Under the pieces are notes generated by a model. That model was not told where the DNA came from. It was given only the letters and a program-made list of their open reading frames with translations, and made no database searches. The position numbers and the translations under genes are program-made. From Catajapyx aquilonaris (taxonomy: Eukaryota), in contig JYFJ02003266.1 of the NCBI GenBank assembly GCA_000934665.2, positions 1 through 44,167 on the forward strand: a stretch of 44,167 nt of DNA, read 5' to 3'. This document shows, piece after piece, positions 11,422 through 24,849 of the stretch; the stretch's first letter is position 1, and each line of letters starts with the position of its first letter.

Positions 11422-14400
11422 CTTTGTTGCATCGAAGTGGCCATCTTGGTATGCCATGGCATCGGGTGCTTGCTGAGTTGGTGGTGTCATGTTGGACACT
11501 GGTGGTCTGAAAAGAATTTAAAAAATAACAAAAATTACACCACGAAGATCCATTATGATGCAAATAATGATCATGTGAAGAAACAAATATCAAGTAAATG
11601 AACAATGATTTTGTGCGTAAACTGATTTTCAACCTTTCTTGCAGGACAGACTTCAGCGGAAAAAGTAGTTCATGCATAAAATAAGAAAGGAGCATTCTTC
11701 ACAATTGTGCAATTGTGTATTTCAGACTAACTTATAAATGCAAAGAAAGGTAGCAAATACTTGCCTTGAAAAATTGTTTTCAACTACCACACCCTGCGCT
11801 GGAGCCATTGGATGCTGCGGCATTGTTGAGATACCATTCATGTTGGCCGTTGTTGGCGGTGGAGGTGGCGGTCCTTTTGCTTGCGGGTAAGGTGGCTGCG
11901 GCCTCATAGATCCAGGTGGAGGAGGAGGGGGAGCACGATTGACTCCAGGGTTACCCATAGGTTGGGGAGGGGCGGCCTGGTTGCGTGCAGCCAGTGGAGG
12001 TGGTTTGGGCATTGTGTCTGGTAGGTTGACTCTGTAAATCAATCGCAAGTTATGGGTACAATCACATTCAGTGGTGCAAATGGTGTTCCTTACCGCTCTG
12101 ACTGGTAAGTAAAATAGGATGCAACATTCATTTTGTAAGTCTTAGGGCCGGTTTCACCGAGCTCAGTATATGATAAAACCAGGGTATTTCTCAAAATCCC
12201 TATCTATTTGTCTGGATTTTCCTAAAGAAACCTGGTTTTATCATATACCAAGCTCGGTGAAACCGGCCCTTACTGTGCACTGGACTCTTGTCAAAGGTAA
12301 GCAGATAATAGTGTCGTCAATTTATTATCTAAAGACTGAATTGCAGTGAAGCCTGTGCATAATGTACAGCAAATTAAGAAGAAATCTTCCCATTACGAAA
12401 CTTTTGTTTGGTCAGAGCATGTGATTTTCGATATACGTATTTCTGTTGAATATAACAGAAACTAATTCACAACGGAAAATTTTTGCAGACAAGAGAGTCT
12501 GATATACACTGGCTTCACTCTAAAACCATTATACTGCACATTTTTGAAAACACAGCATACATAGTGAATTGAGTAACCCATTCGTTCTAAAGCAGTCTAG
12601 TGTATTCAATGCTGGGAGGAAACTAACGCTGTGAGGCATCAAGTTATTGAGAAGTAATATTACTTATGTGCAATGTCAGGCCCCTTACGTACTTTTATGC
12701 AATTTGTTACATGTGTGGTACCTTTAAAATGAAATGGTTTTTTAAAAAGGTACCACATAGATTCAGTCATAAGCTACATGCAACCTTTAAAATTAAGCAT
12801 TTTCTTAGGCCTCCTGAAAGGTTGTCATTTCACCACAGAGCAGGTTTTTATTTTACAGCAATGATATAATACACAGGGCGATTCTTTTAGCAATTTTTTG
12901 GGGAGGGAAAGTGGGTCTTATATGCCATCAAACAGTGTTAGCTGTTGTGATAATTTCAATGTTACCTCTGCATATTATTATTATTATTATAATCATCATC
13001 ATCATTACAGCAAGCACTATCTGTTCAACAACATTATGCATTCATAACTACGGCAAATATATTCCTTATGTTTACCTCTCAGCCACAGCTTGGCAAACTG
13101 TTTCACTGACCTGGTAGGTGGGCTAATACCCTCCTCCAGCATTCGGTTGTCCTGCCCAAGCTCCTGCAGCAGCTCCTCCCTCTTCTTCTCCTGCACCAAC
13201 AACTCCTCCTGGAACTTCTGCTTCTGCTTCTGGTACTCCTTGTACAAGTCCGACCCCTGACTTTTCGGAGGGGTTGCTCCAGGCTTGCCATCGGGTACTG
13301 TACTCTCTACCTTTGCCTGCACCAGCTTCGAATCAGGTCTGGGCGAATCTCTTCCTGTGGCTGCCTGCAATGGCGTTTGTCTCTTCGGGGTGTCTTTTGG
13401 AGTCATGCTCTTTGGTGTATCATCATCTTCCCAGTCCCCTTTTGATCTCTTATCAGCTTCTGGCTTGGGATTCTCCGATATTGCAGGAAGATCTGCATAG
13501 GATGATGACTGCAGGCTAGACTCTTCATCAAATAGGCGGTCTACAGAGGTCGCCATCCCACGACCCCTTCCTGTCAGGTGAAATCCTGCAAAACTGCGAG
13601 ACATCCCACCAGGAGTTAGGTCAATTGCTGATTGGGTCACTGATGCAGTTCGACCTTGGCCCAGCCCAAAAGGTAGGCCATCCAATGCTGGGATGAGTGA
13701 CCTTGACATGATGTCTGCTGACCTGTTGAGAATTGAGACTTTAAGTACATCTATCATATGTTTTAACCCATACAAATTTGGCAATTAAATTTTTGATTTC
13801 ACCATTAGAAATCATCGTCTACTTGTGTCCTATTGCACCGCACAGAAAACCTATTACATCACATGATCAACTAATCCAAATCCATACGCACCTTGAGCAA
13901 GATGTAAATTAACTGTTATTGAATTTACGTGAACCAAATAAACTTTTGCATGATCTGGAATTATCCTCATTAATTATTAGCCTTTTGTTCTGTTAGTGTT
14001 AGGTGTGGAAAGATCATCTCACACTACCTGCAGTAATCAATTTCATTTGAGATGACAAGGGCACCACCCACTTCACGAGATTAAACATTTGGATCCTACG
14101 CAAGTACACTCACAATAGCAGGAAGTGCAGACCATTCTACTCACTTGGGCCTGGTGTAAGGCATGGCAGAGTGTGGGAACATCTTTGGCTTGATTGGCGT
14201 GACAAGCATGTGCTCGGTCCAGGAGGTCTCCAGGGCTGGCTTTTCTAACCTCTCAACATCCACATTGAGGGTACGCTGCTCAAAAGGGCATGAAAAGGTC
14301 TCTCCGGGGATGCTCTGCAGCCACGACAGAAGGCTCAGGTCAGAATCGCTGAATCCACACCCTACAGTTGACAGAAATAAAGACTACGATGAGAGATATT

Positions 14401-16271
14401 TTCAATCACATACAACTCAGCATGAAGGCAGGTTTCCTGTAAGTTATTGTTGTCTTTTTAGCCTGATCACATGCTGTTAGAAGCTCTTGCACAATTTCCA
14501 CCAAATTCTTTTGCCTGCCACCTTCTCTGCATATGACCTCACAACAAGTTCATTCGCTGATTACAATGGCATCCAGAATTCATTTTCTTATTCATCTTCT
14601 TATGATGTTCCTCACTAACCCCATGTGGTAGATCTTTACCATACCTGTATCTTTGCATACTAAGAAAGTATTATGTAGTTCAAGCTGTGCTGTAGTGCTT
14701 GGTTTAAAAAGCTGAGTGTTACGCACACATGTAATACAAGGACTTACGGTTTTCACACATTACAAACACCGAAGGAGACTTACAACTGATTCGCACAACT
14801 TGCACAAGTAGATGCCTTGATATTCCTCAGTGTTAGTGTTTAAATGACTTGAACACAGATACTTCATGAGATCCAAGAACCATACTGATACTGTCCATGA
14901 ATCTTTTTATACAGTACCTTGATTTGTAGCATACAGCCCTACATGTTTGATAAAATTCAGTCATTATTAGTGAGTCAGTCCAGCATTCAGAAGAGTTCGT
15001 ACCATTGAGCAGTGAGGCGAACCGCATCTGTCCTTCATCCTTCCCTCCGTTGATAGCCTTCCTCTGGCAAAAATCAACGCAGGACTCATACAGCAGGCCC
15101 TTGATAACCAGCTGAATCAGTCTGTCATTTTGTGCCACATTTTTCTCCGCCTCGATCCCTTCCTTGACCACGTCACCTCCGGCAGCTTCTGCCGTCTTCT
15201 TCTTTTCCAGCCCGGGCAGAAACTTCTCTACCAATGGTAACACTGCCCTAAAGCACTGCACCCTTGCACTACTTGGGTTCCAGTCTCTATAGAGCGCATG
15301 TTCTGAGAGTCTGGGTAATGTCAACAGCAGGCACAGGTTGGAGTAATCCTCCTTGCATGGTGCGTACTTCTCCAGCTCATTTAACACCTTAGGCAATGCA
15401 TGAAAAGAAAAGAGATAGAGTGCTCTGCATATGATACATGAAGGATGTGTTACAGGATCATTTTCACCTTGAACATACACCATTTTTAGTGGAAGTTGTT
15501 CCTAAGTTTATCTCGAAAATGAGCATTTTTAATCCAAAAATTTTGCAGTTCTTTCCAATGGACTCAGGAGACTACAGAAACCTGGGATAATTCTAGTTTT
15601 CATATTTATACGAGTAATGGCAGATGATTGGTGATTTCTCCATTTGCATATTGAAATTAACGCATCCAAAATACGGTTCTCTACTGAACTACATCAAATG
15701 TTAACCAGTGTAACCATTGTTCAAAATAATTAATTTTATTAAGTATCACTTTTAATGAACAGTATGAAAGTCTAAAAATTGGGCAAAAACTATCCTGGAC
15801 CACATCCTTTCACTATTAGCTCATCAAAATATAGTGAAAATAACATTTCTTTGCACGCATTCAGTATTAAACAGGAATTAACACTTTACTTGCGAAACGA
15901 AGTATGATTCTCAGGTATGAACTGACCTTCACCACCTCGTCCACAGCTGCCTCCATGTTTGCCACAGCACCAGCCTCCGATTTGATACAGAGGAGTTCGA
16001 CGTACTTGTGTCGAAGAATCAGGTATCTAAAGTGTCGCTTGTCAAATGATTCCAATGCTTCCAGTGGCTGAACAAATTCAAGGGCATCGTCCCACTGCCC
16101 ATCCAGAATAAGCTGCCGGAGGAAGAGGAGGTCATCCCCATGACTCCCATTGATGACTCCCGTCTCCCGCTCAATGCTAAGCTGGGCGATGTGGAGACCT
16201 CGGTTGTCCAGGAACTCCAGGGACAACTTGACCACATCCTCCTCTTTCAGGGTTAGATGTGCAGAGGGCAT
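11422..16271 (-). CDS. WDR47: WD repeat-containing protein 47 (nemitin) homolog, N-terminal LisH/CTLH and linker exons; gene probably continues beyond the left edge
   Basis: Phase-consistent exons 16271-15927, 15387-15003, 14361-14145, 13722-13111, 12031-11765 (GC donor) and 11506-11422. Translation includes LKEEDVVKLSLEFLDNRGLHIAQLSIERETGVING..LLFLRQLILDGQWDDALEFVQPL, DYSNLCLLLTLPRL..WNPSSARVQCF, RLIQLVIKGLLYESCVDFCQ, DLSLLSWLQ and MSRSL, all WDR47-typical. The last two exons are less certain. Confidence 0.9.
12145..12269. mobile_element. PIF/Harbinger MITE in a WDR47 intron
   Basis: 39-bp TIR GGGCCGGTTTCACCGAGCTcaGTATATGATAAAACCAGG with 2 mismatches. TTA TSD at 12142-12144 and 12270-12272. 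Confidence 0.85.
12344..12520. mobile_element. Degenerate Tc1/mariner-like MITE
   Basis: Left end CAGTGAAGCCTGTGCATA versus reverse complement of the right end GAGTGAAGCCAGTGTATA. Flanks are TG and TA (decayed TA TSD). Confidence 0.4.
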
Positions 16272-19254
16272 TGTGGATGAAGAGCGCCTGCAGAGATACA
16301 TTCAGGTTTAGTAAAAACATGCCAATTCTGTGATAGCAAAAAAATAGCAATAATAACCATTTAGTACAACAACATATTTGGCATAGATAGTGAGCAATAA
16401 TGCATATTACATTCCCAAAATGTAGACATTACCAAAATTAAAAACAGACACGAATGCATTAGAAGTACTCCAACATTCAGAGGACCAAAATCTCAAAGTT
16501 GACTGCCCCTTCTGGCATGTCCCATTAAGAATAAAAGGTACCTCTTCCCAAGGCAGATGAAATGGGAGTTCCGCAAGAACCGAAAAAAAAAAAACAATCA
16601 ACCCTTTTCATATTAAAAACTCTCCATCTCTCCTGATCAATAATTGTAAAGCCCATCCAAAGCCCATCAGCTGATCCCCCTCCTCAACTGACAGAATCCA
16701 TATTTTACTCCCAAATGAGAGCAGCTTTACAATTTTAATATTATGGCACAGGGAGGAATAAGCACATTTTACATTCAAAACATGTGGAATGGATGGAGGT
16801 CTGTAAAGTTTTGAGACTCTCTTCTGTAATGCAATCAGGGAGCCCAATCGAAGGGCGCGGATCTGCAGTTTCAGCAAGTACACATGGAATGAGGGATGTC
16901 CTTCCTTATTTCTCATGATTTGCGCACCACAGTAAAAGGAATACTATCACTACCTCACTGCACTGCTGAAATATCTGACAGAAGCAAATTCTGCTCAGAA
17001 TGTCGGACACAGTGAAACAGCATCATTGAAAATCACTTGCACATCTTCATGCAGCTTCAAGGTCTGTTTCAGAAGCAGACTGCTCAAGTCAATCATAGTT
17101 TGTCAACCTGAATAATGCAGTGACCTGACTTGACAATACTTTCCACCACCTCCTCTAATTTTAACAGGCAGTTTCATACATAAGACTCATAAGTGTTATT
17201 GTGTTGGTTCATTGTGGTTTCTCTCCCATACTCATTTGAATTGGGCTTTGGCATCGAATATCCATTAAGCCGAATGCACGTGCCCATCCCCCTTTAAAAA
17301 AAAACACTCATTATTTTGAGATATAAAAGTAATAGCATATTATTTCCAATGCTCGTGAAGTAACACCAGCAGCCACGAAAACTCCAGCCAAACCAATCTC
17401 TCACTCTCTCTCTCTCTCTCCCTCTAAAAAAAAGGAAGTGTACAATGGGATTAATATTTCCCAGTTCTTTGCCCTTTTTCCAAGCTTAATAAATAGATCT
17501 ACAATAATGCAAAAACTTTTCTGCTTCTTCTGGAAGAAGGGCAATGCCTAAACACCCCCACAGATTTTGGTCATAGCTTAAGAGAACTTGGCCAGAAAAA
17601 CTTCTTCAGATACTGCACGTCGCACTGTATTACCAAACCCTACAAGAAATCTTGTGGCACACTACATCAAAAGGGTACTGTTTCTGTTAAAGTACTGGAT
17701 CTGCATCTTCAATGCCTGCTTTTATGCTACAATGCTTTTTGTGTGTATGCAGGCAAGTTTTTGCATTTAAGGATATACTACACTGTATTTCAAATCCCAC
17801 TGTACTTGTATTTAATAATGTCAGTGAAACGTCTTCTTTCGTCCCTTCGAAAATTTGTCACATATTCGCAAAATTTGCCGCAATATGCCAGAAATTCTCG
17901 CATGAATACAATCCCATTAAAAATGGCAGCCTTTTCTAGTTTATTTTAATCCTAGAGCTGCATTTTAAATTCACATCCACAAGATCATGAAATTGTGCAT
18001 CTAGCTACGTTCACTTGGCTGATTCGCGTGCTGCATTCTGTCAACATGACTGGAACCAAGCTGGCTGCGGGCCATACACAAACAGTTTGTCGAACAACAA
18101 TTTTCGCCTAATGCAACAAATTTTCTGCCTCATGAAATGAAAACGAACGGAGGGAGCGCCTGAGCAGAGGCTCGTTTCAAAGGAAAACCTGATCGAGAAA
18201 CTGTGTAGGAAGCGAGGAATCCAATAGTCTCAGGGCAATGCACGCTGGTGTCCTTCACCTATACGGGGCCAAAAACTTGCCCCATTTAAGTTTCATTTTC
18301 ATATAAATCCCACTAACGAATTGTACTGTACGTCTCTGGCGGCAAGACGGAGCCTTCAAGAATATAAAAGAGACCATTGTCTCGCACTCCACGCTTTGTT
18401 GGACCCTCTCGGAGGGGTTAAGAAAAAAACGACCATTTTTGTACCCCATCTCGTCATCCCCAGGACTTTCATTAGCTATTCGGAAACGGGATTAGTAATT
18501 AAATTTCATTTCCGCAAGGATAACTCCCCAAACACTGAAAATGTCCGGTATTTTGTTTGTGTCTCAAGAGTGCCGTAAGGTTATCAAACGGGGTCTGACG
18601 AGGTGACAATACCCTTTTATGCAGGTGAATGGAATAAAGCCATTCATACGCCACTAATCGAGTTAGATCGTAAGTATTACTCCGGAACAATGCAAAAAAA
18701 AATCGCAATTAACCCTATTCCCTCGATGCTCAAATTACAGCAGTTTAGGGGCAATGTGTCACAATTTACACTGCTAAATTCAATCCACTGAATGGTACCA
18801 GAACCTGTCGATTCGCGAAACTAATTTACAACCCAATTACACTGTGTAAACATACTGCTTTATTGCTTTATCGTATGCTTCTAACTTTTGAGTCATTTTC
18901 TCGCAGATTTTGGGACGTGGAAAAAAAAATTGCGGCGGTTGAAACAATGCAACTGACAGACGGGGCGGTTTGTCACGCTGAGTGGAGTCAAACCCTGCAT
19001 CATTAATAACTTCATAAATGCAAGTGGCTCGAGGGAGAGGCCAATGAATCTAGCTGGCTCATCCTGTCGAAAAAATACGATCGTTGAACCGTGAAAAAAA
19101 CAACAGCATCACAACAGTGCACAACTATCCGGACGCTCTAAAAAACCGTTGGGAAAATTCAGTCCAATACACACTCCTGCCGAGGGTGACAATTTGGGAA
19201 ACCATTATTTTAGGCTTTTCCCCCCTCAAAAAATAAAATAAAATAAAATAAGAG

Positions 19255-19600
19255 TTGTTTAGCACGACTCCGTCTGTCCGTCCGTCCGTCCGTGAACAGG
19301 TATCAGGGCCTAAACAGCAAGAGATGTAGACAAACGGTTTTCGGATTCGGATTCAGCAGACCCTAAATAGGTTTCATGGTCAACTTCCGGTGACTGCCCA
19401 CTTCCGGTTTTCCGGGTCCACTCTATCCGCCAAGGTCAAGCTGACACGCTGGTATGTTGCCAGCGAGAAATGCACGGCCGCTTGAGAGAGAATCTCTTCA
19501 AGCGGCCTTGGAGAAATGAGACTGACAACATTCTATGTCATTGTTGTCCGATATGATTAGAAAGGTGTCGTATCATATTCAACGAAGCTGTTAGCCTCAT
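19255..19600 (+). mobile_element. DINE-1/Helentron-like non-autonomous element
   Basis: (GTCC)n microsatellite near the 5' end (~19271-19293) and a perfect 10-bp stem GGCCGCTTGA/TCAAGCGGCC (19476-19507). Boundaries are approximate. Confidence 0.4.
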
Positions 19601-19731
19601 TTCCGACTACCCAATGAGAAAAAGTCTACTCGAATCACGCTCGCGTATACTGTCAGCACATTCACATTCACCGTCACCCACACAGACACAGGAAAATGAC
19701 AAACCGGCGGTGCATCCGTCGCCGCCGGTAC

Positions 19732-19889
19732 CTGAGGACCCGGTTCGCGATCCTCAGGTAATCTAAGTACCTTCGTGTACACAAGTCGCGCACTCTCCTC
19801 ACGATGCTGCCCACCGCCCATCTCGGACTCTGACCACCACCGTACGAAGAAGATGGAGAAGATGAAGATGATGCCGTGGTCAGAACCAT
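19732..19889 (-). CDS. WDR47: Alternative coding first exon of WDR47 (N-terminal extension)
   Basis: Kozak gccATGG at 19889. The phase-2 donor CAG|gtaccg joins the acceptor at 16287 in frame, giving ...YLRIANRVLR-RSSSTMPSAHLTL. Confidence 0.65.
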
Positions 19890-20650
19890 GGCGACGCTGG
19901 AGATGCCACACGTGTACTGAGCCTCCAACGACACACTTCACTTGTGATGAAAGACTCTTCCTCCGCCCCCAGCAGTACGTGTCCTGGCCCATACTGGCGG
20001 AGCCTCCAAGTCTCCGTGACGTCCCATCGATTCAATGCACACACCTTTTTTTTTTGAGACACCTGGCCAATTAAGCGACAAGTACCAGGTGCCGAGTTTG
20101 ACATAAAAAAATTGTGGGCGGAGGAATATCAGTCCAACACCTGCTGCTCTGAAGAAAGTCAGTGCATTACTGTGACTTGTCGCCGGAATTGCACCCCCCT
20201 CCACCTCCCCAACTGTATACGGTGCGGTGGTCGGATCTAATTAAGGACACTTACGACCTCCAATTGCTTAAAGTCATGGAAGAACGGAAATCTTCCTGTT
20301 TCTAATGTGCTTTGCTTCAGTTCCTGGGACCTCAGATCTTATCAAACCTCCCCCCCCCCNCCCCCCCCCCTCTCTCTCTCTCTCGCCGCCAGTAAAATCT
20401 CAACACACACCAAGCTGGAAGCAGCCACCAAATCAGCTACTTCTAAGGGGAAAATAATGGGTTGTAATGCACAGTAGCAGCGAAGACAATATCTTCGCCA
20501 CTCTGGCACGAACCAGCAATTTCAAAAATATTTCCATTGATAATAATTGCACCCCCAAAAAATTGAATTTTCATGCCGGGGAAGGTACACCGCACGATTC
20601 AGGCTGTTTTTCTGGACATATCGAGGTTTACCAATAAATGAAGATCATAT

Positions 20651-20780
20651 AAGAGCCCTAAATTATTGAGTGAAGAGCACTACATTATTGAGTGAAGAGC
20701 ACTACATTATTGAGTGAAGAGCACTACATTATTGAGTGAAGAGCATCACATTATTGAGTGACTGGTGAAGAGCACTAAAT
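20651..20780. repeat. 22-bp minisatellite, about 5.5 copies
   Basis: Unit AAGAGCACTACATTATTGAGTG with three exact copies at 20673-20738. Confidence 0.95.
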
Positions 20781-23700
20781 GATTTTTCCCTAATTGAAAT
20801 ATCACTATGATCCAATTCTCCGCTCAGTTACGACACCTCAAGACCATAATTATTCTGCATTTTCCGCCTCAATTAGTTCAAGGTATAGATATCCAAGGCT
20901 TTGCAGTGACCGTGTAAATTCCAATTATATTTAGCGACAAATCTGATTACAGTGTAGCAGTGGCGTCGACGGGCGCCATTTCTGCACCACAATGCTTCAC
21001 TTCAGATTAATTGCTCGAAACCCCCTTCACGCTTCGCAGCTGGATGCAATGCGTGCCTTCATATTTTAGAAGGTAAATAAACTAATCAATCACCAGTTTT
21101 GGCGAACGGGCTATCGAGTCCATAACCTGCCAGGACATAAGCACGATCGATTTGTTTAAGGAACACACTGACTGACACTCCAATTAATCAAAAAAGGTGC
21201 CGACCTGCTGAATCCAAAAAATCCGTTTTTGATGGGCGCTTCTTCCTTAGATTCCTGCACCATCTTGGAGAACTTTTTTTGAAGGGGTCTCGAAGCAAGC
21301 AACCCACCAGCTCGGCACAAAGCTAAACGACTGACCGCCAGACAAAACCTGAGCTGAACGGTAACCCCAAGTCAAGTGACCTCAATGCTCTAACCCGATG
21401 GAGATTCGCAATGTACCTGGCACGCCATTACCGCAATAATTCTGGACGGAGGAGCCGCCATAAAAGTTGAATCACGTGCATAACAATCTTGAAAATAAAC
21501 ATGTGGCTTATATTGCGGTTGTAAAATCCAGCGTGAAGCCCATTATCACTGCTACGTGGTAAATCACTATTTACTGCTTAAAAAATGTGGTTGTGTCACA
21601 GGTCGTTAGGTGACCCGATTGCTGCCATTTGCCGGAATATCTGCATCCAAATAGTGGGTCAGCAGGTTTCTTCCTCTTCGGAAGATCATTCAACCAGTTT
21701 GTGACATACCGTGGAATCTCAAGTGACCATACAACAGGTTTCATCCGCTCTTTTTAAAAAGGGCAGGACCTCCAAGTCCTTGGCCTCCAAAACACAAGAC
21801 TGCGTGTGCTTAGTTCTGATAATAGGGTCTAGTTATTCAGGATAGATGGCCGGATGTTTGCTACTGTCCTAGTAAAAAAGGGGTGATATTTACTGGCATC
21901 AAACGACGATAAATTAAATTCCGGCGACAGTGTCCGAATGCTGCGGAGTCTGCGTGGTCTGAAACACTATATCAACCTGCTGAAGGGGGAACTCAGCGGA
22001 AAATTCCAACCGTGAGTGCTGATAAACCAGTCCCTAACATGCAAAATAACAAGATGAGAGGGAAAAGGGACAGCTGATCTAAAAAAATTTAACAGCCCCC
22101 CCAGGAGCTGCATGGGAACATTTGGAGTGATACAGTTATTTCCGTATTCACAGGCTGTAAAATTCCTACGACAGTCGAATAGCTTTTAATTATAACTTTC
22201 TCCGCGGAAAGTTTTAAAAGCACCGATCCTCAGAGATTTAACCGTAACACTCGGGAAGACTTAAGTAATTATCGGGCTTCTACTTTTAAAGGGGCACGTC
22301 ACTGGACAGATGGCTTGATGACGAGCAGGAAGTGTCACAACAATTACTAGGTCTTACATGTCCGAGATTCACTGACACATAGGGACCAAACGCTTGCTAA
22401 TTTGCGCATACGTATGGTGATTGACAAGTGTAATAACTAATAAGAGACCACAGCTAATTCGTTGGATGCGGAAATTCCAACGTGAGATTCAGCATGAAAT
22501 ACGAGATGTATTCGGGCTTGGTAAACACACTGTGTGCTACACGCAAACACACCACAAAAATCTCAGGGTTTCGGGCGAAAAGACTCTAATTACAAAATCA
22601 GGCTTCGGGTACTTAACAATAGCACAAACACCCGCGCAATTCGCCTAAAAACAAAGGGAGAAAACTGCAGCTCGACAATGGCACTCATTAATCAGAGAAC
22701 TGCTAATTCCGCAGCTTTTCAGGTCAGAGCTTGACCAAAATCTCCAGCATGTGTGATCTTTTTATATTTGTTTCTAAATATTTACGACCTGGTTTTTTTT
22801 ATAAATCGGATGCGGTGGGTAGGAAATTCACGACTTCTTCCTTTTTAAACTAGGGATTTGGGCATTGCACCGTGTTCTACTATACTATAGTTGCACTGCG
22901 TCTTTGTACGCCTATCGCGCATCGCCATCACATAGCACCGGAATTTCATCAGACATTAACGACCAATTTTCATGATTGCTTCCACACTATACCTATTAAT
23001 AGCCGATAAATCACGAGATGGTCACACACCCGAACCCATCTTACTAACGTGGTTATGATCCGATTATAATGGAATTTCTCATTAAATGTTAAAAGCTTGC
23101 AGGCGCAGGCAATAAAATAATTCCTTTACCCCACCATGAGCATGAGCTATGTGCACACTGGTAGCAATCTCACGATTACTCCAAAAGCTTCAAAACCTTG
23201 GCGCAAATTAAAATCACTCCTGACATTTCCACGATATAAAGGCATGTGCAGCGATTTTATAAATGATTCAACAGCACGATCTAAACGTCTGATCTCAGCT
23301 TCTTCGCTGTATAAACAGAGCCCAAAACGCTGAATTCATGACATGACCGGATTTCTCTGTAAACCCTTCTGCAGTATTCCTACAGTTTCCCTGCACTGTC
23401 AAGTAGCCAATCTGCAATCGAGAAAATTCGACGCAATAAATATTTTTGCGCTAAAATGGCATACGTGACACTATATCATTATCACATTTCTTAACCCGTA
23501 TTATTAAGCGTATCTTGCGGCTTTCTGGCCGCTCCTAATTACCGCAGCTGCAGGGTAATGCACCTGTCAAGCCTCATTTCCACACCAGCACCACCAGACA
23601 AAACTGATTTTAAAGCGGCACATTGACAAGTTCATAAGTAAAAAGGACAACTGATACAAGCTTCTGAAAACTTGTCCATCGAGTCTTTAAGCGACCATGA

Positions 23701-24849
23701 AAAAATGGGTCCATAAAAAAATCGGTGTCAGTGACCAGCTTTCCTGCTTGACAGGAAGATCTGTCATGAAAACGTCACGTTCAGTGCATCTCAAAATTGC
23801 AGTCCAACCACGTACTGTACATGCACATACGCAAATGTACTTTTGTGTGTGCAAGGTATGCCTTCTCAAGTGCAATTAACTCCCCTGGGGAGCAGTTTTG
23901 GCCCCCTTTTCCTACCCCCAAGCCCAAGCAAAAATCAATACAGATGTGGGTCTGGACATATATACTCTCTCCCCCCCATCATAGTTAATTTGTAGTCTGT
24001 CCATACAGGGACTCGTGACCACAATAACATTACTGAAAAACGGGAGCACCTTTTGTAATGCAGTCAATCGCTAACCTACTTGTGTCAAACGCACAGGTTG
24101 CGGATGGACCAGGAAAATAATTTCATAGAAAATGTGATTACACGCGACGAGTTGCTCAAACAAACAAAAGGAAAATAAATAAGTGGACAACACTTTCCCT
24201 TTCGCTGCCTGTTCACAGGTTAATTAGCTCTTATTATCCATGCCCATTATTATGTTGTGAATACACAAAGTTGTGCCCGGACGGCGCACCTCCTCCAGCT
24301 TTAAAAAAATATCGGGGCAACTCAGTTGTGGGAAAAGTGTGTTCCAGAATGTGATCACGCAATGAGATGACGCCTTTTACTTAGGTAAAACGAAGTGATC
24401 TTGAGGTCTGATAATTTTGAAAAACCACGAATGCTGCCGTTCTTTCATGCATCCCGCATCATGTAATATCAAGGGGGAAATCTCTCCGCAACTTTGTGCT
24501 TGGCTGCCAAGAAACAACCGAATCGGATATTATGCTGCCAGAATGCGACTGTGTTCATCTGCAGTTGTAACAAGTTCCACAGCATCAGGTCAATTCAGAT
24601 GTTAATGTATGTGCCTGCAAATAACCTTGATTTACTGAAGGAAGCCATAAACTCACATGAAAGGGCGAAACTGCATGCATGTTGCTTTTGCTATGCATCG
24701 AAGCAGCATACTTTTTTACATTATGCTGCAACTTGGCCTTGTTAAAACTGTTTCATTATAAGCATGTGCAGGAGGACAGCAGTGGTATTGAAAAATCGCA
24801 TCAATTACTGGAATTGTGCAGTGCAGTGATTAAAAATAAGCCCTCACCA

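Noticed and set aside
20651..20780. CRISPR-like array
   Set aside because: Head-to-tail 22-mers with no unique spacers, in a eukaryotic context with no cas genes.
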